64,000 nucleotides of DNA, from positions 11,188,550-11,252,549 of the forward strand of contig NC_090404.1 of NCBI RefSeq assembly GCF_036365525.1, read 5' to 3'. The notes under the pieces are model-generated. The model was given only the letters and a program-made list of their open reading frames with translations, ran no database searches and was not told where the DNA came from. The translations under genes and the position numbers were made by a program. This stretch comes from Heterodontus francisci. Taxonomy: Eukaryota. Position 1 is the stretch's first letter, and every line of letters starts with the position of its first letter. Of the stretch, positions 62,432 to 64,000 are shown piece after piece.

Positions 62432-62978
62432 CGTTTTTGTCCGAGATCCGCCATTTCTCTGCACCAATGTCAAGCTCATGGCACAGAAATACATGGCGGT
62501 GTCAGAGATCAGTGTGTTGTGGATCGTTAGATAGGTAATCTTGACAATTTTGCTAAAAGGAGAAGAGAATCGGTCAGTGAAGTCGGGTTCCGTAGAGATA
62601 AAACACGTACTGTTTAGGCTGCCCGGAGTGCTGACTGTACCAAAACATAGAAGGGGTAGAAATGCTTGTTTTCCAGGTACAGGTTAGTGTGATATTACTT
62701 TCCTCTTCATCCATCATTTCGGGAACCGGCTGTTCCATTGTGTCTTAGTGGCTCCATTCAAAAATACAAAAAACAGTAACAGTCACAATGAGCATCAACA
62801 TCATATGGATCAATATAACCGTCAACACCACTATCATTGGCACGTCACCTATAGAAACAGCTCCACTATGGCAGACAAGGTTGGGGTGGGGGGAGGGAGG
62901 GGAATGGATTTTACTGGGAAGGAAATACTTACTGAGAAGTGCTATAATAATGAAAAGTGGTGTGAGACGGTTCCATAT
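62432..62978 (-). pseudogene. TCR V pseudogene V8, inverted paralog of V6
   Basis: ATG>ATA, acceptor AG>TG, CAA>TAA stop, CDR2 frameshift deletion, heptamer GACATTG, 24-bp spacer, nonamer ACAAAAACG. Confidence 0.9.
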
Positions 62979-64000
62979 GATGCTTCCTGAGTCTGTAACT
63001 CTGCAATCGAGGAAATCCTCAGTTGGTGGAGAAATACAGCTCCCGGCCACACTACACTGCCGATCTAACTAATACCAAACAAGGAACAGCGGCAGCAATC
63101 TCTCCAATAAGACAGAGCAGGCAAGGAAGGTCAGCGAGGGAACAGCAAGCTGAAGCTGTGGACGGGGATGGTGCAAACTGCAGTTTGAGCTACCTCAGGA
63201 TTCTGTGTAACTGCTGAAATTGCGCGGTGATGCTCACATGAACTCGGTTTTGATGGAATGGAAAGGGCGATGGTTGGATGCCAGAATTCTGCTGTCAGGC
63301 TGCACCTGCTCACTGTTCAAGTGACTGGGAACAAATAATTTGCGAGAGAAATGAAGAAAATAGAAGTGTTGGATCATACAGCACGGAATGACGCCATTCG
63401 GCCCATTGAACCTGCGCCGGCTCTTTGAAAGTGCTAACACCTTCGTCTTACTCTCAATGCTCTTTCGACACAGCCTTGCATTTTTCCCGTTCATTTACAT
63501 ATACAGTTCTCTTTTGAAAATTACTATTGAATCTGCTTCCTTCACCTTTCCAGGCAGCGCATTCCAAATCCTGACAATCAAAGTGTGAAAAATAAATCTC
63601 CTCTCCCGTGTCTTTTTTTGTCAATTCCCTTAAATCTGAGTCAGTGGAATATCAAACTTCCTGCCCTTGGAAACAGTTATGTGAGATCTACTCCATCAAA
63701 ACTCCATATATTTATCAACCAAACAATTAAATCTCCATTAATCTTCTTTCATGTAGGGAGAATAATTGCAGCTTCCCGAACCTCTCCACAAGTCCCACAT
63801 CCCTGTACTATCCTAGTACATCTTCTCTGCACCCTCTGCAAGGTCTTCACATCCTTTCTACATAGAATTGGACTCAATACACTCACTGCCACGTACTCAG
63901 TTATTCAGAAAGTTTTGCCACAACTGTCTTCTTAAACAACACCAAAACTAATGACAGGGTCTGTTTACCTCCAATTTACATTTCTAGAATACAACATCTG

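Noticed and set aside
49335-62978. NAR-TCR cassette, or D/J segments within the V array
   Set aside because: No 12-RSS-flanked D or J and no leaderless supporting V with a CDR1 Cys were found

Overview
Vertebrate genomic DNA, almost certainly from a shark (cartilaginous fish), judged from HE1/V-SINE, DeuSINE, CR1, RTE and Penelope repeats and from shark-type antigen-receptor exons. The window is the junction of two adaptive-immune loci. (1) The 3' end of an IgM heavy-chain gene lies on the + strand: Cmu4 with secretory tailpiece (26989-27380), TM1 (32583-32710) and TM2 (32856-32864), all with open frames and canonical splice sites. I could not find Cmu1-3, JH, D or VH in the 27 kb upstream, which is filled by a strand-flipping 27-bp minisatellite, inverted duplications and LINEs. 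(2) About 16.5 kb downstream of TM2, across a LINE-packed spacer, begins an array of eight TCR alpha/delta-type V segments (V1-V8, 49.3-63.0 kb) in mixed orientations. Four look intact (leader, V exon, 23/24-bp RSS) and four are pseudogenes. CTCF-type motifs are dense in this array, and two lie about 24 bp beyond RSS nonamers. Other notable items are a V with a truncated CDR2 region, a V family with 24-bp RSS spacers, a candidate RUNX/ETS/E-box enhancer at about 6.5 kb, a 201-bp Penelope palindrome carrying minimal hammerhead-like motifs on both strands, and a U_UUA_AAC slippery site at two CR1 ORF1/ORF2 junctions. All calls are from reading by eye; family names need database confirmation and repeat boundaries are approximate.
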